Shown here in pieces: positions 1 to 13,822 of a stretch of DNA of 64,000 nucleotides; position 1 is the stretch's first letter; each line of letters opens with the position of its first letter. Under the pieces are notes generated by a model, which saw only the letters and a list, made by a program, of their open reading frames with translations, had not been told where the DNA came from and did no database searches. The DNA is from Catajapyx aquilonaris (taxonomy: Eukaryota), in NCBI GenBank assembly GCA_000934665.2, contig JYFJ02001033.1, forward strand, positions 1 through 64,000. The letters run 5' to 3'. Made by a program: the position numbers and the translations under genes.

Positions 1-912
1 TCGGGTAGGAGCCGGTCCACCGAAAAGGTTTGCCATTTGACGGCACACTTCTGTAACATTTTTTTTCACTGAATACAGTCGAACACACTGGACACGTGCT
101 GGACACGTTTCTCTAACGACAGTCTTGCTTCGGCCATTTTTGTAGCAAGACCTGAGCATTGCTTAGTACTGCCACCTACATGGAAGATTTTCGAAACCTC
201 CCTTGATGTTTTGGTACGTACTTTAAATAAATATGTTGTTCCGTTCGAAAGTAATTGCGTTTCAAAGAGTGAGTCGTCAACTCTGGAACACCCTGTATAT
301 CCATTTTGCATCTATGCTCTGATTCATTGTTACATTGCTAGGTAAGGAAACTTCAGGGACTAATGAGCACCAAAATGGACATCCAACCAGGAAAATGGTG
401 AGAAGAAGGGATGGTGGGGACAAATAGGGCAGAAGGAAGAAACAGGTGTAGGGTTGCTTGCTTGCTTACAAGGGTTACCCAGTCATGCCAGGTTGACCAT
501 TATAGTCATGAAACATTATTTTTGACATGTACATGCTGAATCACATGCGTCCTTTAATGGCATCAATGTGTTCAGTTGAGAAAATCCTGCTGTTAGATTT
601 ATTTGTGGAGACGATGATGTGTGTCTACCATAAAGAAAAGGACCATAGTAGTGTGTATGATCCAGTCTCCACTCTGGGACTGTTTACAACAAAACTGACA
701 AGACACACCTTCACTGCATTTCCTCTCCCAAGAAGCTGCACATCTACAAAAATTAGAAATGCTATTTTTGCAACGTAGTGCAGGTGAATTGAACTCCCAC
801 TCGCTTGACCTTCAGTCTGACCTAAGAAGGTAGCACTTGCGACACTTGTTTTGCTCTGAGGATGTGGCAGAACCAGGACCAGAAACTATTTTTTGGATAG
901 GAATACTGCCAC

Positions 913-1044
913 CCCAAGGAGAAACACTCTCTTCAAGGGCGAGGGTGAAAGTTGCACGCATGCCCTGCACTAATCCCCCGACCCATGCACGGGGCATGCA
1001 CTTTCACCCTTACTAGTTTTGGAGTTAGGATGTTTCTCCTTGGG
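913..1044. repeat. Imperfect inverted repeat (decayed fold-back/MITE)
   Basis: Complementary pairs CCCAAGGAGAAACA / TGTTTCTCCTTGGG and AGGGTGAAAGT..GCATGCCC / GGGCATGCACTTTCACCCT. Confidence 0.55.
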
Positions 1045-1494
1045 ATGGGAGAATAGTACCAGCAACCTGCCTGAACATGACCAAAATTTAAGTTAAATCA
1101 AAGTGGGACAATAATTTATTGTCCCATTTTACATTCTAAATCCTAAATTAAGCTTAATTATCAGCAAAATTAAATCATGATTTTCAATAGAATCCTGTGT
1201 CAGTTTAACTGCTAGTGATTGCACTTACACTGTCTGTCATAAAATCGGCACCTGCAAGGTTGCTGACTGTGAGAAAGGACAAACAGGAGGCGAGTAGTTG
1301 ATGAAGGCAATCTAGCAACAGGGCAAATGAATCAAATTCTAGTGTTATTTATTCAAGGGCCTGTTATAGATATACTATCAATAAATATCTTCTCTTACTT
1401 TCCCTTCATGACACATTTTATTTTCAATCCATGTGACAAATACTGATGGAAAGCAACATGGAGACATGACAAATGCAGACCCTTATAAAACTGG

Positions 1495-3646
1495 TTAGTT
1501 GGTTGAAAGGAGGGTCAGCTTCTCATTTAGTTGCAGCTGTGTCCGTGTTAGCTGTGACAAGTAAATCACCATCAGGAGATCCTGCAAGGGATAATAAGAG
1601 GCTAGTGAATCACTGTCAAGGAGGTAACATCTTACAAGGAGAAGTGTAACATTGAGCTGGCCATAAAGGATCAGTTGCATCACTGCACACTTTATCACAC
1701 CTATTTTTAATGCATTGGTTGACCCGTTGTTCAAAACGAGGGAAAACATTAATTTCATTATTCCACATGTGATACAACCTGGCTTCAGGGCATTATATTG
1801 CTATCATAAAACTTTTTCCCGAGAAGAAAATACCAGTGACGAGTAAAAATTTATTGTTGGATGCATGACATACCTTAACGTTAGAGTTGATCATCTCATC
1901 AAACTTCTCTGCCGACATCTTTGGCACTGAGTGGATCATAGCTAGCAGCTCCCTTCCAACAACATTGTCAGCTGAAATCCTTCCTGCCAAAACTTCATCC
2001 ATGTACGCTAACACTGTGTCCAACATGCTTTCCATGCTGGTAGCAGTGTCTGCAATCTGGCCCAATTCAGAGGTCAGCTCAGCTTCCCGGTTCGCATTCT
2101 GCTTGCTCTTCTGGCACAGCCTCACTGAAATATGGGCAGGGGTGAATTAGCCACTTATGAACGCATATTTCTAATCAAGGAAAGGTAGGCCTTACTGGCG
2201 TGCGGGAGGCGGCAGGGTGAGTGATGGCTGGGGGCAGCTTGGCTGTGACGCAAAGGCAAGGATGCAAGAATGGATTTTTTGGATTTTGGAAGGGATATGC
2301 TGTACCAACACAACGTAACCAAGCCTAACCTTCCCGAGTCCTTGCAGATACAGACCTATCGTCAGCAGATACACGCCTATTCTTTATCCTTGCCTTTGCG
2401 ACACAGCCCGCTGCCCCCACTACTATCTTCCCACCTCCCGCACGCCAGTAAGGCCAACTCTATCCCAAATCAGTGTTATCTCACCTCCAACTACTTCAGG
2501 CTGGGTCTGTATCGTCTCAACTGGAACTGGTGTAAACATGGATCCAGTGGTGCCACGAGGTACCCCAATTGGAACACTGTTAAATACAAAAACATGAAGA
2601 TCATTTACATAGAGAAGAAAGGAAGGCTTATGATGTGGCCTTCTTGGCTGACAATTGCTACTCAGCCATATCTACTTGTTTAAGGTCATCAGTCCAAAAT
2701 CATACCAGACATAAGCCTTGATTCCAAGTTTTCCAGACTGCAACGTGGTGTCCACAGTGAGATGCACAGGGTTGTTGCACTCCCTGGTGTAGTACTCGTG
2801 AATGAGGGCTGAGTGACTTGTCACCTCATCTCCAGTCGCCCACCACCCAACAATGGTCTCCTGGGGGCTCACACGCTTGTTCAGATCCCACATGTCTGAA
2901 GCAAACTTCAGGTCAGCTTCCACTTTCTCCGCATATTCCTTATGTGGCACACAGAAGCAGTTTGACACTTCCACCGTCCCCTTGTCAACAGTGCCTGAAA
3001 CACGAAACAGAGAGTAAAAAGTGAGAACAAGCCCAGGCACCTGAAATTTTTCATGGTTAATTCACAAATGCAATGAATAATGAAGTCTCATATGGAAGCC
3101 AGCTTATCGGCGTGTTCGACATCAATCCTGGTATCCAAGCGTTTCCCTTGTCAGTCGTCTTGCGCGAGAAATCTAGTATGTCGGGACAGACTCTATATCA
3201 CCTCTGGCGTCCTTGGAATAGGAATAAATGTTGAAAATTGTCTACTTTAACTCTGATCCTATGATCCAGGCATGCGCAGTTGGCTTCTCTGACAAGAGAA
3301 ACTCTTGCGTGGATACCAGGCTTAGGAGTCCAACATAGCATGTCAAGCTGTGATACAGTAAGGCATTACTGTCTACATTACTGTCTACATTATCACCACT
3401 CTCAGCTGGTTGAAGCCAAATTATCTGAAGTTATCCATCTAAATAATTTCAGCCGCATGCTGCAACATGGATGCATCCATATGGCCACGCAATTAAATGC
3501 ACTCAAGCGAAAAACTTATGCCCAAAATGTAGCCCACCAAGCAAGGTTCCGATGACCCTGTGAGCGTCTGCATTCCGTCGCTCGTAGGCGTCGATAATCT
3601 GGAAAAGGATGACCGGATGGACTTTCACGGTGACGTTGAGCGCCAT
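1495..3646 (-). CDS. eIF3f: Eukaryotic translation initiation factor 3 subunit F (MPN-minus domain), 5 exons, 275 aa
   Basis: Exons 3538-3646, 2706-2994, 2485-2576, 1874-2124 and 1495-1581, all GT-AG and phase-consistent (828 nt). Translation [80 protein letters not shown] matches the eIF3f family. Confidence 0.96.
2188..2455. mobile_element. MITE-like inverted-repeat element in eIF3f intron 3
   Basis: Termini GGCCTTACTGGCGTGCGGGAGG and CCTCCCGCACGCCAGTAAGGCC are exact reverse complements. Imperfect complementarity extends about 80 bp. No clear TSD. Confidence 0.75.
3127..3320. mobile_element. Degenerate MITE-like element in eIF3f intron 1
   Basis: CCTGGTATCCAAGCGTTTCCCTTGTCAG at the left end versus CTGACAAGAGAAACTCTTGCGTGGATACCAGG at the right end form an imperfect terminal inverted repeat. 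Confidence 0.55.
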
Positions 3647-3979
3647 TTTGGAATGCACGTGAGAACGTCATGGCCGCCGGAAAATCATAATTGTGATGTT
3701 ATAAACAAAACGCCAATATTATCAATCCTTTCATATCTAGTAATTAAAATTACAGATGGAATTAATATTAAATATTTTGAGAAAAGAACGCGTGACGCCA
3801 TCCGTTCCGTTCCGCTCCGTCCATATCTTTGTCAATCATCCTGGACATCGGAACGGACCGCTTGGGGAATGGACCGACCCAGACGAATATTTTTTTGCAG
3901 TTTGTTAATTTATGACCGTCTTTACCGGATTAATTTAGGATAATTTTTGTCTGCACTAATTTGTTTCCGGAAAGAAAAG
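3647..3979. promoter_or_regulatory. Probable bidirectional promoter shared by eIF3f and NFRKB, including a putative non-coding NFRKB exon 1
   Basis: An AT-rich core (about 3690-3785) is flanked by CpG-rich DNA with TGACG and GCCAT motifs. A + strand donor AAG|GTACGC follows 3979 and could pair with the acceptor TTTTCAG at 5830, just upstream of the NFRKB ATG. Confidence 0.5.
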
Positions 3980-4913
3980 GTACGCGTGAGAGCAGGCCGC
4001 CTCTTTTATCGGTCGGACTTGCTGTCCCTCTCCAGTCGATCCCCCCAGAGTGCAGATTGGGGATTTTCGCACAAGGACACAGAATAACTGGGCACGAAAA
4101 GGGAAGGAGATATGCTGGGTGCGATCAGTCTGGGTTGGCCGGTGGAGTCGCCTTGCTGGCCTTATGCTGAATCCTGAGTAGGGCTGGGATTGTGGGCTGG
4201 CTTCCCATAATCGAGTGGTGAGTCACATGCAGGCAAAGGATGTGTGGGATATTGTGCCTTATGGATGGCACCGTCTGTCACTGATTGTCGCAAGTGGGAT
4301 CTAATCAGGTGGTTTTCAGGACTGGATTCAGAGAAAGGGCTTGGAGCAACAGGGAAGGTGCTCAACCGGTTCTTCAGGGGTTGCGTTCGCTTATGTAACA
4401 CATTTAAGTAGGTGCGCATGGTAATTGAATGGAGCAGCTAATGTTGCGCACACGATGTACAACACAAGTACATTAAAAATTCAATCCGGGCCAGGACCAA
4501 ACAAAAAAATTCCATAATGGACAAGTTCCCACAGCATCCAGGGCTTGTGATGGCCAGGTGTTGCCCTATTAAATTCCCATAATGTTAGAATATATGAAGA
4601 CCTCAGTGGAAGAACTATCAAGGTCAACCTCAGGTGAAACTGATATATTCCTATCTTCAATTTCGAAGGCCCATAAGTTTTCATTGTAATTCCCACTTCC
4701 GGGGCCTTCCATAGTGACCTATGATCATTACTCCATAACCACAATCGAACCATCATATTATACACTTGTGACACTATCTTCTGTGATGTGCAACTCAATT
4801 TTGACAAAAAGTGGACCTTGATCGTTCTTCCCCCAAGGTCTTCATATAATTATGAGTTGTAATCGTACTTGACATATAACTGATTATTGTGACTACTGTA
4901 CATCAATAATGTA

Positions 4914-5117
4914 TCGCATTTGATGGCATATAAGATGCACCCTAATTTCAGCAGATCATATTCAGAAAGAAATTTTTAAGTGTATTATCAGATAATATAA
5001 GATGCATGGCGATTTGTTAGCCACTTTCCCCCCGCACAAACATGTGCACATTAACGCACGAACATTCCCCCCCCCCCCCNAAAAAAAAAGTGTTATTTTA
5101 CATGCCGTCAAATATGG
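4914..5117. mobile_element. Decayed Tc1/mariner-pogo-type MITE in the NFRKB 5' intron
   Basis: Left TA|TCGCATTTGATGGCATATAAGATGCAC and right GTGTTATTTTACATGCCGTCAAATATGG are diverged copies of a CCGTATTTGACGGCAT-type TIR. Contains the single N (5080) at a poly-C/poly-A junction. Confidence 0.55.
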
Positions 5118-5845
5118 TGTATCCAGGGTGGTGGAAAAGGTGTGCAGGGTTGAGATGTTATACTATGTTATAGGATGAAATTATCATCTGAGCTGATTTC
5201 GGAGGTTGTGAATGCAGGAAGGTGATGCAGCTGCCTTTATTTAGAGACAGAGAGAGACACCTTTAGAGTGCAACTGGTGGATTAAGCAACACTGAACAAT
5301 CCAGATGCCCAAAACAGGCAATCCTTTGGGTCAGCATGGTGATGTGTGTTTTAACTACATGGCAAAAGCTCAAGGCATCTAAGATCTAATTAGGGCATTT
5401 ATGCACCGCTACATTGGAATGGGAAGATGGTCCAACGCCACACGGCCCCTTCCATCTTCCACTTATTTGGCTTTTCAGAATTTTGAGCCCAAATATCACC
5501 ACCCAGGAAATGCCTTTTATCTCATTTGGAAGGTGGCAAAAATCTCTGGACAATCAGACACCATGTGGTTTTTCTAACATAAGCACTTTGGTTGTTGAGC
5601 CAATATGGGTAATTCCAGAGCCACATCCAAAAGTGGAAAAACCTGCATAGTTATTTTTTTTTGTTTTTTTTCAAAAGCATTTTGTTCATTCGTTAAGGGG
5701 ATTCTCATATGGCAACCTTTTAAGTGCAGGTCACCTTTTGAGGGTTTACAGTGCCGCAGAAATTCAGTTCTAGGTGAAGGATGTAGATGCCAGCCTCTTC
5801 TTTTTATTTGTTCTTACAACTGATTTTCAGGGTGGGGTAAACCCA

Positions 5846-8800
5846 ATGGACGAAGCATCCTTCATGCCTCCGCTGAAGGGACACTTCAACCGAGAAGGCA
5901 ACTTTGACGGTGACGAGGACGAGAACGAGTCGGAAGGAGAGTTTGTCTTTGAGGAGGAAGAGGAACCAGAAGCAGACGAGGAGGAAGAGGAAGAGGACGA
6001 CAACGAAGAAGGAGAAGAGGACGAGGACGAGGAAGGTGAAGAGCAGAAGCCACAATTTCCAATTACATTAGAGGAATACAGCATTGGCAATGCTCGCCTG
6101 AAGCTCCCAAGGGACTTCTGCCAAGATAGGCATATTTTCCAGAGTGTATTTAGCTACAGCACATGGAAAGAAGAGATCAGTCAGTCAGATCGTGAGCACC
6201 TCAAGGTTGGTGGAGCTGCACTTGTTCTTTAGAAATTAATCTTGGTGAACCATGAAATGCTGATGACTAAGGGCTGGATTCTTGTGGACTCCCTCTGTCA
6301 ATGTACAAGTGGTCAGACCCACTTGACTCTTACTAGACCTTTACCCCAGTACACCCAGGATGCTACAATACTGTACCACTTTCAGTACCAGAGTTGCGGC
6401 ATCATCTATGTGGAGATTAAGTGGATCTGGGCAAAGTCCATGAAAATCCACCTCTAGGTCTGCCTTAACATAGATTTCCTTGGTTACTCTGGCACCATGC
6501 TTTTTTTTAGATTTACTAACCATACTGAGTCATTTTGAAAGCCTCATCATGGTGCGAATTGATGAGTATTTTGCGTACTTTCATTGTGTGTTTGGATTTT
6601 CAGAAATTCCTTCCAAAGTTCAGCAACAGTGCTGATGTTGAGGAGACCTTGCAGTCTTTATTCAACTGGGATAACTTCAAGTTTGGAAACCAGCTCTCAG
6701 GATTGTTTGAGAACATGAGGGCAGGAAAATGCAACCCTCGGGCAGTTGTGAGGAATAGTGTTATGAAGAAAGTTCGGAAGAGGTGAAAACTGTGTTCTTT
6801 ATGTCATACATGTTACTAATTATGTTATTATTCATGATCCACTTTTGATGTGGAGAGTGGGCAACTACTATTTTTAACTTATATGATGTGACACCAAAAT
6901 CCTGTGGTATCTGACCCTACCTTCTTACACTTAATTTCGAAGGTATTGGTTTGTCATGTCTGATTTATTTACAGAGAATATCGGCGGAAATTACGTTTGC
7001 ACTACCAGAACACTTTGGCCAACCTGCTAATTTCAAGACGAAGATTGTTAACAGCTGTAGCTGGAATTCCAATGGCAAACCCTGACTTGACCTTGAACCT
7101 GACGTCTAGGAACCACCGACATCGTGCTCGTTCTTCTCGCCTCCCACCATGCAACTCTAAGTCAGATTTACAGCAGAGAGCAAGGCGGAGATATTACCGT
7201 GAGCTGTCTGCCATTCGTGAGGAACTTGGAGAGAGTTCTGACAGTTCTGAGGATGAAAATTATCCTGGTGAGTTAACCACCAGATGCTTTGTACATCTGC
7301 GAGCGAAAAGGAGGCGATTAATTCTGAAAGAATATTGGCAACATGAGTGAACAGTCAAGATTCAAGTGTACTTGCTAGGATATATGTGAGGTAGATGCTC
7401 TAAGGGTGCTGGCAGATGATTTTAGGTACTTCTCCTTTTTGTTGTCAGTACATGCACTTCCTTCCCCAGATGACAGTTGTACATTGGATTCATTTCTCTC
7501 TCTCTGGAAGCTTCTTGTGACATGAGATTTGTGGGATATTATCTGCAATAATTATTAATAAGATGACATTCTCCTATGAAATTAATTGATGCTACGTGAC
7601 AGAAATTTCCTACAACCCATCTCTAAAGGGGTGAATTTGTACCTCAAAAATTTACTGAGCTGGTTTCTGTCAATTATAACAGAAATACATACATTCAAAA
7701 TAATTTGTTGGTCTGCAACAAAAAAAAAATTATGTGGATGAATGAATTCAGGGTTTGTTATTTTGGGAGGAAGAGGTGCACCTTGACCTCATTGGTCATA
7801 GGTTACAATGCAGGTAAATTGAAAATAAGAAATGACTTTCTCATAGTTGCAAGTTAAAATCATGTTGCTGTTAGTTATATGTTACGACATCAGCAAATAA
7901 ATTGCTCATAAGTAGAATTTGTGATAGCAGTTTTACATGTGAATTAATTTACTCTGTTGCAGAGGGACCTCCATCTAAAGTGAGCAAGAAACAGCGAAAG
8001 CACCTTTCCGCTTTGGAGGCATCGCTAGAGGTGCGGAAGGTCTCATCTACCTTTGCATCTAAAGGGATGGATCTTGACTCTAACCAAGCCTCGCTCTTAA
8101 TGTTATCTGAGTTTGGAGATGATGCTTTTCGCTCTCTGCTACAACAACATCGGCTTAGGAGGATGAGCAATGAGGTAACAAATCAAGCATGGTTTTGCTA
8201 ATTTAGCATTTTATTATCATAAGTAGGTGTTACATTTTTACAGCAATGGAGACATTTTTTAAATGTTTGAAATGCTTACCATATATTTTTAAAATTCAGA
8301 CACCTCAATTGGTGCTAACGCTGTAGTCAAAACTTCATGCTAGATATCCTTTAAAAATTTGATTCAAGTACTTTGACTAATATTAACAACAAATGCCAAT
8401 GTCATTGAGCTAGTAAAAATATAAACCATATTAGGTTAAAGAATATCCATATTTTTAATCATTTTGGTGGAAATAGCAAATTTGCGAATTTTTATCCTGT
8501 GTGGAGAGCCAAAACAAAAAGTCTTGTGACATAATGATTAATTTGATGATCCATACTAATGCAGGATGTATATTTTTTTATTTAGCGTCATATAGATCTG
8601 GATGTGAATGGCCTTACCCTAGAGGATATCTGCCAGCGAACCCCTCTAGTGGTGGGCCCCAACAAGCGCGGCTCTGCTACCCAGTTCCAAGGACCATTTC
8701 TGCCACCCCCAAAACCAACCAAGCGAAAGTCTGCAACTGTTTCTGCTGTTGCTCCACCACCTCCTCTGAATTTACCACCACCACCTGCACCACTGGCACC

Positions 8801-11800
8801 ACCATTGCCACCTTTGCCTCTTCCTGTGCCCGAGCCTCAACCACAGCTCCTCCCTCCATCTGCCATCAAGCAGGAAGTGGTGAGCAGCCCACTCCCAGAG
8901 GAGCCTGAAGTTTCTAAAGCTGTTGTGCCTCCTTCACTGCCGCCTCCCTCACCTGCCAAACCTCCCCGGAAAGTGGTCAACCGCCGTAACAACAAGAAGG
9001 AGGTAGCTGCTGCCACAGAATCCCTGGCACCCCTACTCAACCAGATAAAAGTGGAGCGAATTGATGAAGATGAAGAGTGTGGATTAACCTCAATAGTTAG
9101 TGATACTGTGAAGGTGAGTTGGTGCCAGTTATGTGATTGAACTATGCGGTCTGAAAATTATCATCAAGTTCTTAAGTTTGGTTGAAAGATAATGCTGATT
9201 TGTGAGCATTGAAAGGAGTGAAAATTTCTCATGTGTTGGTTCTTGGTGGATCTGAGGAAACCTTTGCCTGGCAATGGAAGAAACATGTAACTGGTTACTA
9301 AATACTAATCAACTTAGTTGAATTACATCATTTCAGCTAAAATTTATGGGAGAGTCCATTTGTATGTTCCGTGCATCAGCATCCGACTTGTGAATATTGA
9401 GTACTATTCATAACTGTATAATAAAGCAAAATTGTCACATATTTCTTTGTGACTAGTTCAAAATAGCATTTACAACTGCTGCAATAACACAGCACTTAGG
9501 CCTCATGTGGTGCAACTAAAAATGTCCTTCCAAGTACAACCTTCTTATTTCTTGTCTTGTAGGTGCAGCCTCCTACTCCACAGTTCACACCACAGCCTGT
9601 GGTGGTTCAGAGCTATCAGACCCTCCATCACCCACTGCCACAATCCCAACAACAGCCATGGTCTGTGCCTGAACTGACCCACGATACCCACTCCTGCTTC
9701 TTCTCCTTGATCCGAGAAGTGATGGCAACCACCCCTGAGCAGCGCATGGGGGTCTTGCTCCTCTCAGAGAGCCTCCGTGCATGGCAGGATAGCCCAATCT
9801 CCCCTCTCAATGATTGGTATTCTGCAGTGCCCAGTTGGGTGGAGGCGTTGCCAGCAGCACTCAGGTTCCTCTCGGGAGATATTCCTCAGAGGTTGGCACC
9901 AGATGACTTCGTGCCCTACTTGCAGTACAAGCCAGGATCCAGGTAGGAAACCCTCTCATGCTTAATGTTACATGTACAGGTGAAAGTATGCCATTGTAGT
10001 GTGGCAAGTGGCCAGAACTGAGTGATGCTTGGAAGTATTATTTACAGAATTATTGTGCCACTGTCTAGGACTGATTCTGATATGAGAAAAAATAAGTCCC
10101 ATTTATGTGATGGAGATTTTAGCATCTGATTGAGATTAATGGCAGAATGAGCTTGTATTGTAATGGTCAAGAAGTGAAGGTTGATAGCAATGGATTGAGT
10201 ATAGAGATAGATTGTATATTGACTCTGCACTCATAACAGGAAGGACTGAATCAATTGTGGGATTGACATGGGGCCCAACGTAGGTACTGCTTAGGTTCTC
10301 TTCATGCACATGTATACAGTCCTGTACAACACATACTTCTGTTTTATGTTAAAATATTGCAATAACTGAATACCATAGAGAATTTTTGCCAGAATCCGGC
10401 CAAGATTTTACCACCTGCTTCCCAATGGTGGGGAAAGTGATAATCCAGATGTGGAAGGTCACAGGCAAATTTTAAACAGTGTTGCGCACTGACTGGTTCC
10501 ATGTGCCCACATCTTTTATTTTGGTTCAACATGACCACTTTGGGATCACATGCAGTGTAACCATTAGAAAGACAATTCAGGATCTGATGTTTCAGTTTGG
10601 ACAGTGATAATGTGATGATGGTATCACTAGGTTTTCTGATTACAGGTCATACCAGTGGATAGGTGCAGGTCGTGATACAGACACCCATCTGGCACCCTTA
10701 TGTCAGTTCTGGCTGGAGCGTCGTGATGAGCTCAGTGCTGCTCCATCCGTCCCTGCACCAGATCCAGACCCTGTGCCAGCACCTTCTGTGGTTGCACCAT
10801 TGCCTACTGCATCAACTCCTCCTGAGTCACCCCCTCCACCGAGGTGCCCGACAACATGGACTGTGCGGCCTTCAACCCCTGAAGAGCGTGCTGTTTTTCA
10901 TGAGCAAGAACGCCGTCGCTATGAATGCCCCCAGCGTGCTTTTGCCTTCAGGATGCATGGTTATGAGTCAATGGTGGCACCAGTCAAAGGCAGCCAGCCA
11001 GGTGCTGGAGCAGGCACTGCAACTGCATCAGGCAACCGCGCCCGTGGTCATCAGTTGTTAGCTGAAGGTCGACCACCGTTTGTAACTTTATTGTCACTAG
11101 TACGTGATGCAGTGGCTCGTTTGCCCAATGGCCAAGGGACACGTTCGGACATTTGCACCCTTTTGGCCGACTCGCAGTATTTGTCACCCTCAGCAACAGA
11201 TGACCAGCAGCACCTAAACACTGTAGTGTCAGGTGCTCTGGATCGATTGCATGGTGAACCTGACCCATGTGTGCGTTATGATGCTCATAGGAAGCTGTGG
11301 CTATACCTGCATAGAGGTAGGTCACTGGAGGAGTTGGAGCAGTCTCACGCTAGGGTCAGTCGGACAGTAGCTGTTGCAAGAGCCAACAAGAAGGCAGCGC
11401 AGCAGGCTGTTGTTGCAGCCGCAGCCGCAGCACAAGCAGGAACCTCATCACCTGTCAGTGTCAGTGGTGTTACTGCAACAATAGGATCTCCTGTAACACC
11501 CTCTGGGACACCTCCTCTTTCAGGTTTGTTGCCTTTTGTGTTGTCTGTGGAAGTCAGTTGTGTGTGCCAAAAGTTCAGAGCCAAATATTGGCATGTGGTG
11601 CTTTTCTTTGTATGATTAGTGCAGCTTAACTATAACATGGGATGAAGCTGGGTGTGTTCTAAATTTTCATGCAAATGAGGCTATAAATTTTAGCCATGGT
11701 ATCAATCACAGCTGGAACCTTTTTCTTTGGCTATGTCAGTGTTATTGTTGCATGATTTTTGGTCCAGAAAACCAGTTTTGTTCTCTTCTGGCAGCACTTT

Positions 11801-13822
11801 ACATAGTGCCTGTAGCAGTGCCTCATTGAACTTTGCGTGCCTTTGAGAACATTGTAGAGTCAAAATTTAGTTCTCAGAGAAATATCATTCATTTTCTGCT
11901 TGTTTTTCTAGTGAGTGCTGCCATCCAGACAGTTCGTAAAACTACACCTCGCCCTCGAGTTAGACAAGAAATGAAAGCAGCGGCTGTGTCACCACTGCTT
12001 CAGTCCGAAATAGTTCCTTCCTCTCCTGTCATACACACCAATTCCCCAACCATTGCTGTTACTCCTCCACCTGTCACGACTGTTGCCATGACACCCCCTC
12101 TCCCACCACAGCAACCTTCCCCAATTCCAGTCACTGTAAGTGTTGCAATGCCATCTCCACCCCAGCCTCAAATCACAGCATCACCAATTGTGACCATGTC
12201 ACCTGTGCTGACCCAAGCTGCAATATCAACTGTTGCTGCTGCAGGCTATCGAACTGTCACCATATCGACATCTGCTGGCATGAAGACAATTCAGCTAGCA
12301 CCTTCTGTAGCAGCACTCAAGCCACAACCCGCCTCTCCTCAGCAGGTGAAGCTGCTGCCAGCTAAGAAGCTGGTGGTCTCCACAGCTAGGTTGGCTGGTA
12401 CAGGCACTGTTACTAGGCTTGTGGCCCCCTCTTCATCACCTGGGGGCAAGCCAGTAATGGCCAAAGTGGTGAGCACTGTTGCGTCTGCCACTGGACTGAC
12501 ACCATCACCTCCCCACCAACAAGTGGTCACAATGGAAAGTCTCCTTAGTGCGGGCAATGTGACAGTGCAGCAGCAAAGGCCAATATTGCAGCAGGCCATT
12601 TACCAAAATGCACTAAGGGTATCAGCTGGAGGGAAAGTACTCCAGATTGGGGGTGTTGCTGGTGCAGCTGGTGGGGCAGGTCCGCATCAGTTGGCATTGG
12701 TGTCTGGTGGGACAGCCCAGGCAGGGCAGGGCGGATTACATGTGAGTGTAATGGCCAAGTAGTGGCAGACGTTTAGAATTGGTTCTGCCCTTTGAATTGG
12801 TGCAGGATTATTTTAAAAATTTAATTTAATTTAATAGTTTTTAATAACCTGAACTCAGAATTATTGGTCAAAGCACTGGTGACAGTTGCATTGCAAAATG
12901 ACTAATGAATTCCTTGTTAATGTAATGTTTTAGGTTCAACTTGGTCCACGAGTAGTGATGGCTTCGCAGAATGCTAGAGCAAATGCTCCCCTCAGGCTGG
13001 CATCGGGGTCAATGCCAACCCTGAGTGTGGCACAACTGGGGGGTCGGCCTGTGCTTCTGGCCTCCACCCGTGGACCAGCTCCTGGACAAGCTGCTGGACT
13101 GAGTGTGGCCCCAGGTGGGTCCCCAACAACAGCGACAGTGAGGACAGCAAGTCTCGGGACAACAGCTGGTGGGACACTAGTCTTGCACTCTCCTGGGGGA
13201 GGACCCCCACAAATTATTCTGCCCTCCAACCTCCAAGGAGGAATTCCACTCAAGGCACTACAGGGGTTGAAAGTAATTCCTGTGGCACAGCATAAAGGTG
13301 AGGGATTCCAGAATTATAAGTACAGTGAATTTATACACTTATGTTTAGGGAACCTACAATTTAGCATTGTAATTTCTTATAGTATACCCATTAGAATAAC
13401 ATTACATTAGCATGCTCAAAAGTGTGTCATCTAGTGAACAGCTGTGAAATCTTATTCCACCAAGGGGATTAACATTATTAACTAATTGCCTCAGACCATT
13501 GCAAATAGGCCAGTTTGTGGCAGCATCTGGGACAATTCATGATTCACATCACTACATATGATTCAAATGCATGGTGCCACTAAAATATTCTAGATGCATT
13601 CATTGTTGTTAATATGGGTTTCCAGGAAAGCAGCAAGTCTTTGCCCGCATAATAGGGTCACCATCTGCGACGTCTTCCACATCAACTTCTCCGGTGATGT
13701 CAGGTGCGCCATCAAATGTGCAGGGTATGACAGTGCTCTTGGCTGGAAGCAATGCCAATGCCACCAATGCTGCTTTTGGGGCATCACAACCAGCTGCCCC
13801 TAGAGAAGGACAGCAACAGTAG
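5846..13822 (+). CDS. NFRKB: Nuclear factor related to kappa-B-binding protein (INO80 complex subunit G), 10 coding exons, about 1406 aa
   Basis: Exons 5846-6205, 6604-6782, 6975-7267, 7963-8174, 8586-9113, 9563-9942, 10646-11523, 11912-12741, 12934-13297 and 13626-13822, all GT-AG and phase-consistent (4221 nt). DEUBAD-like region (FSYSTWKE..DREHLKKFLPKF..FKFGN), winged-helix region (CFFSLIRE..WQDSPISPLNDW..YQWIGAGRD), conserved FVTLLSLVRDAVARLPNGQGTRSDIC..VSGALDRLH..DPCVRYD..KLWLYLHR, and a low-complexity C-terminus. Confidence 0.93.

Noticed and set aside
5804..6090. Hydrophobic and poly-Ser antisense ORFs
   Set aside because: Antisense shadows of the GAG/GAA-rich acidic tract of NFRKB.
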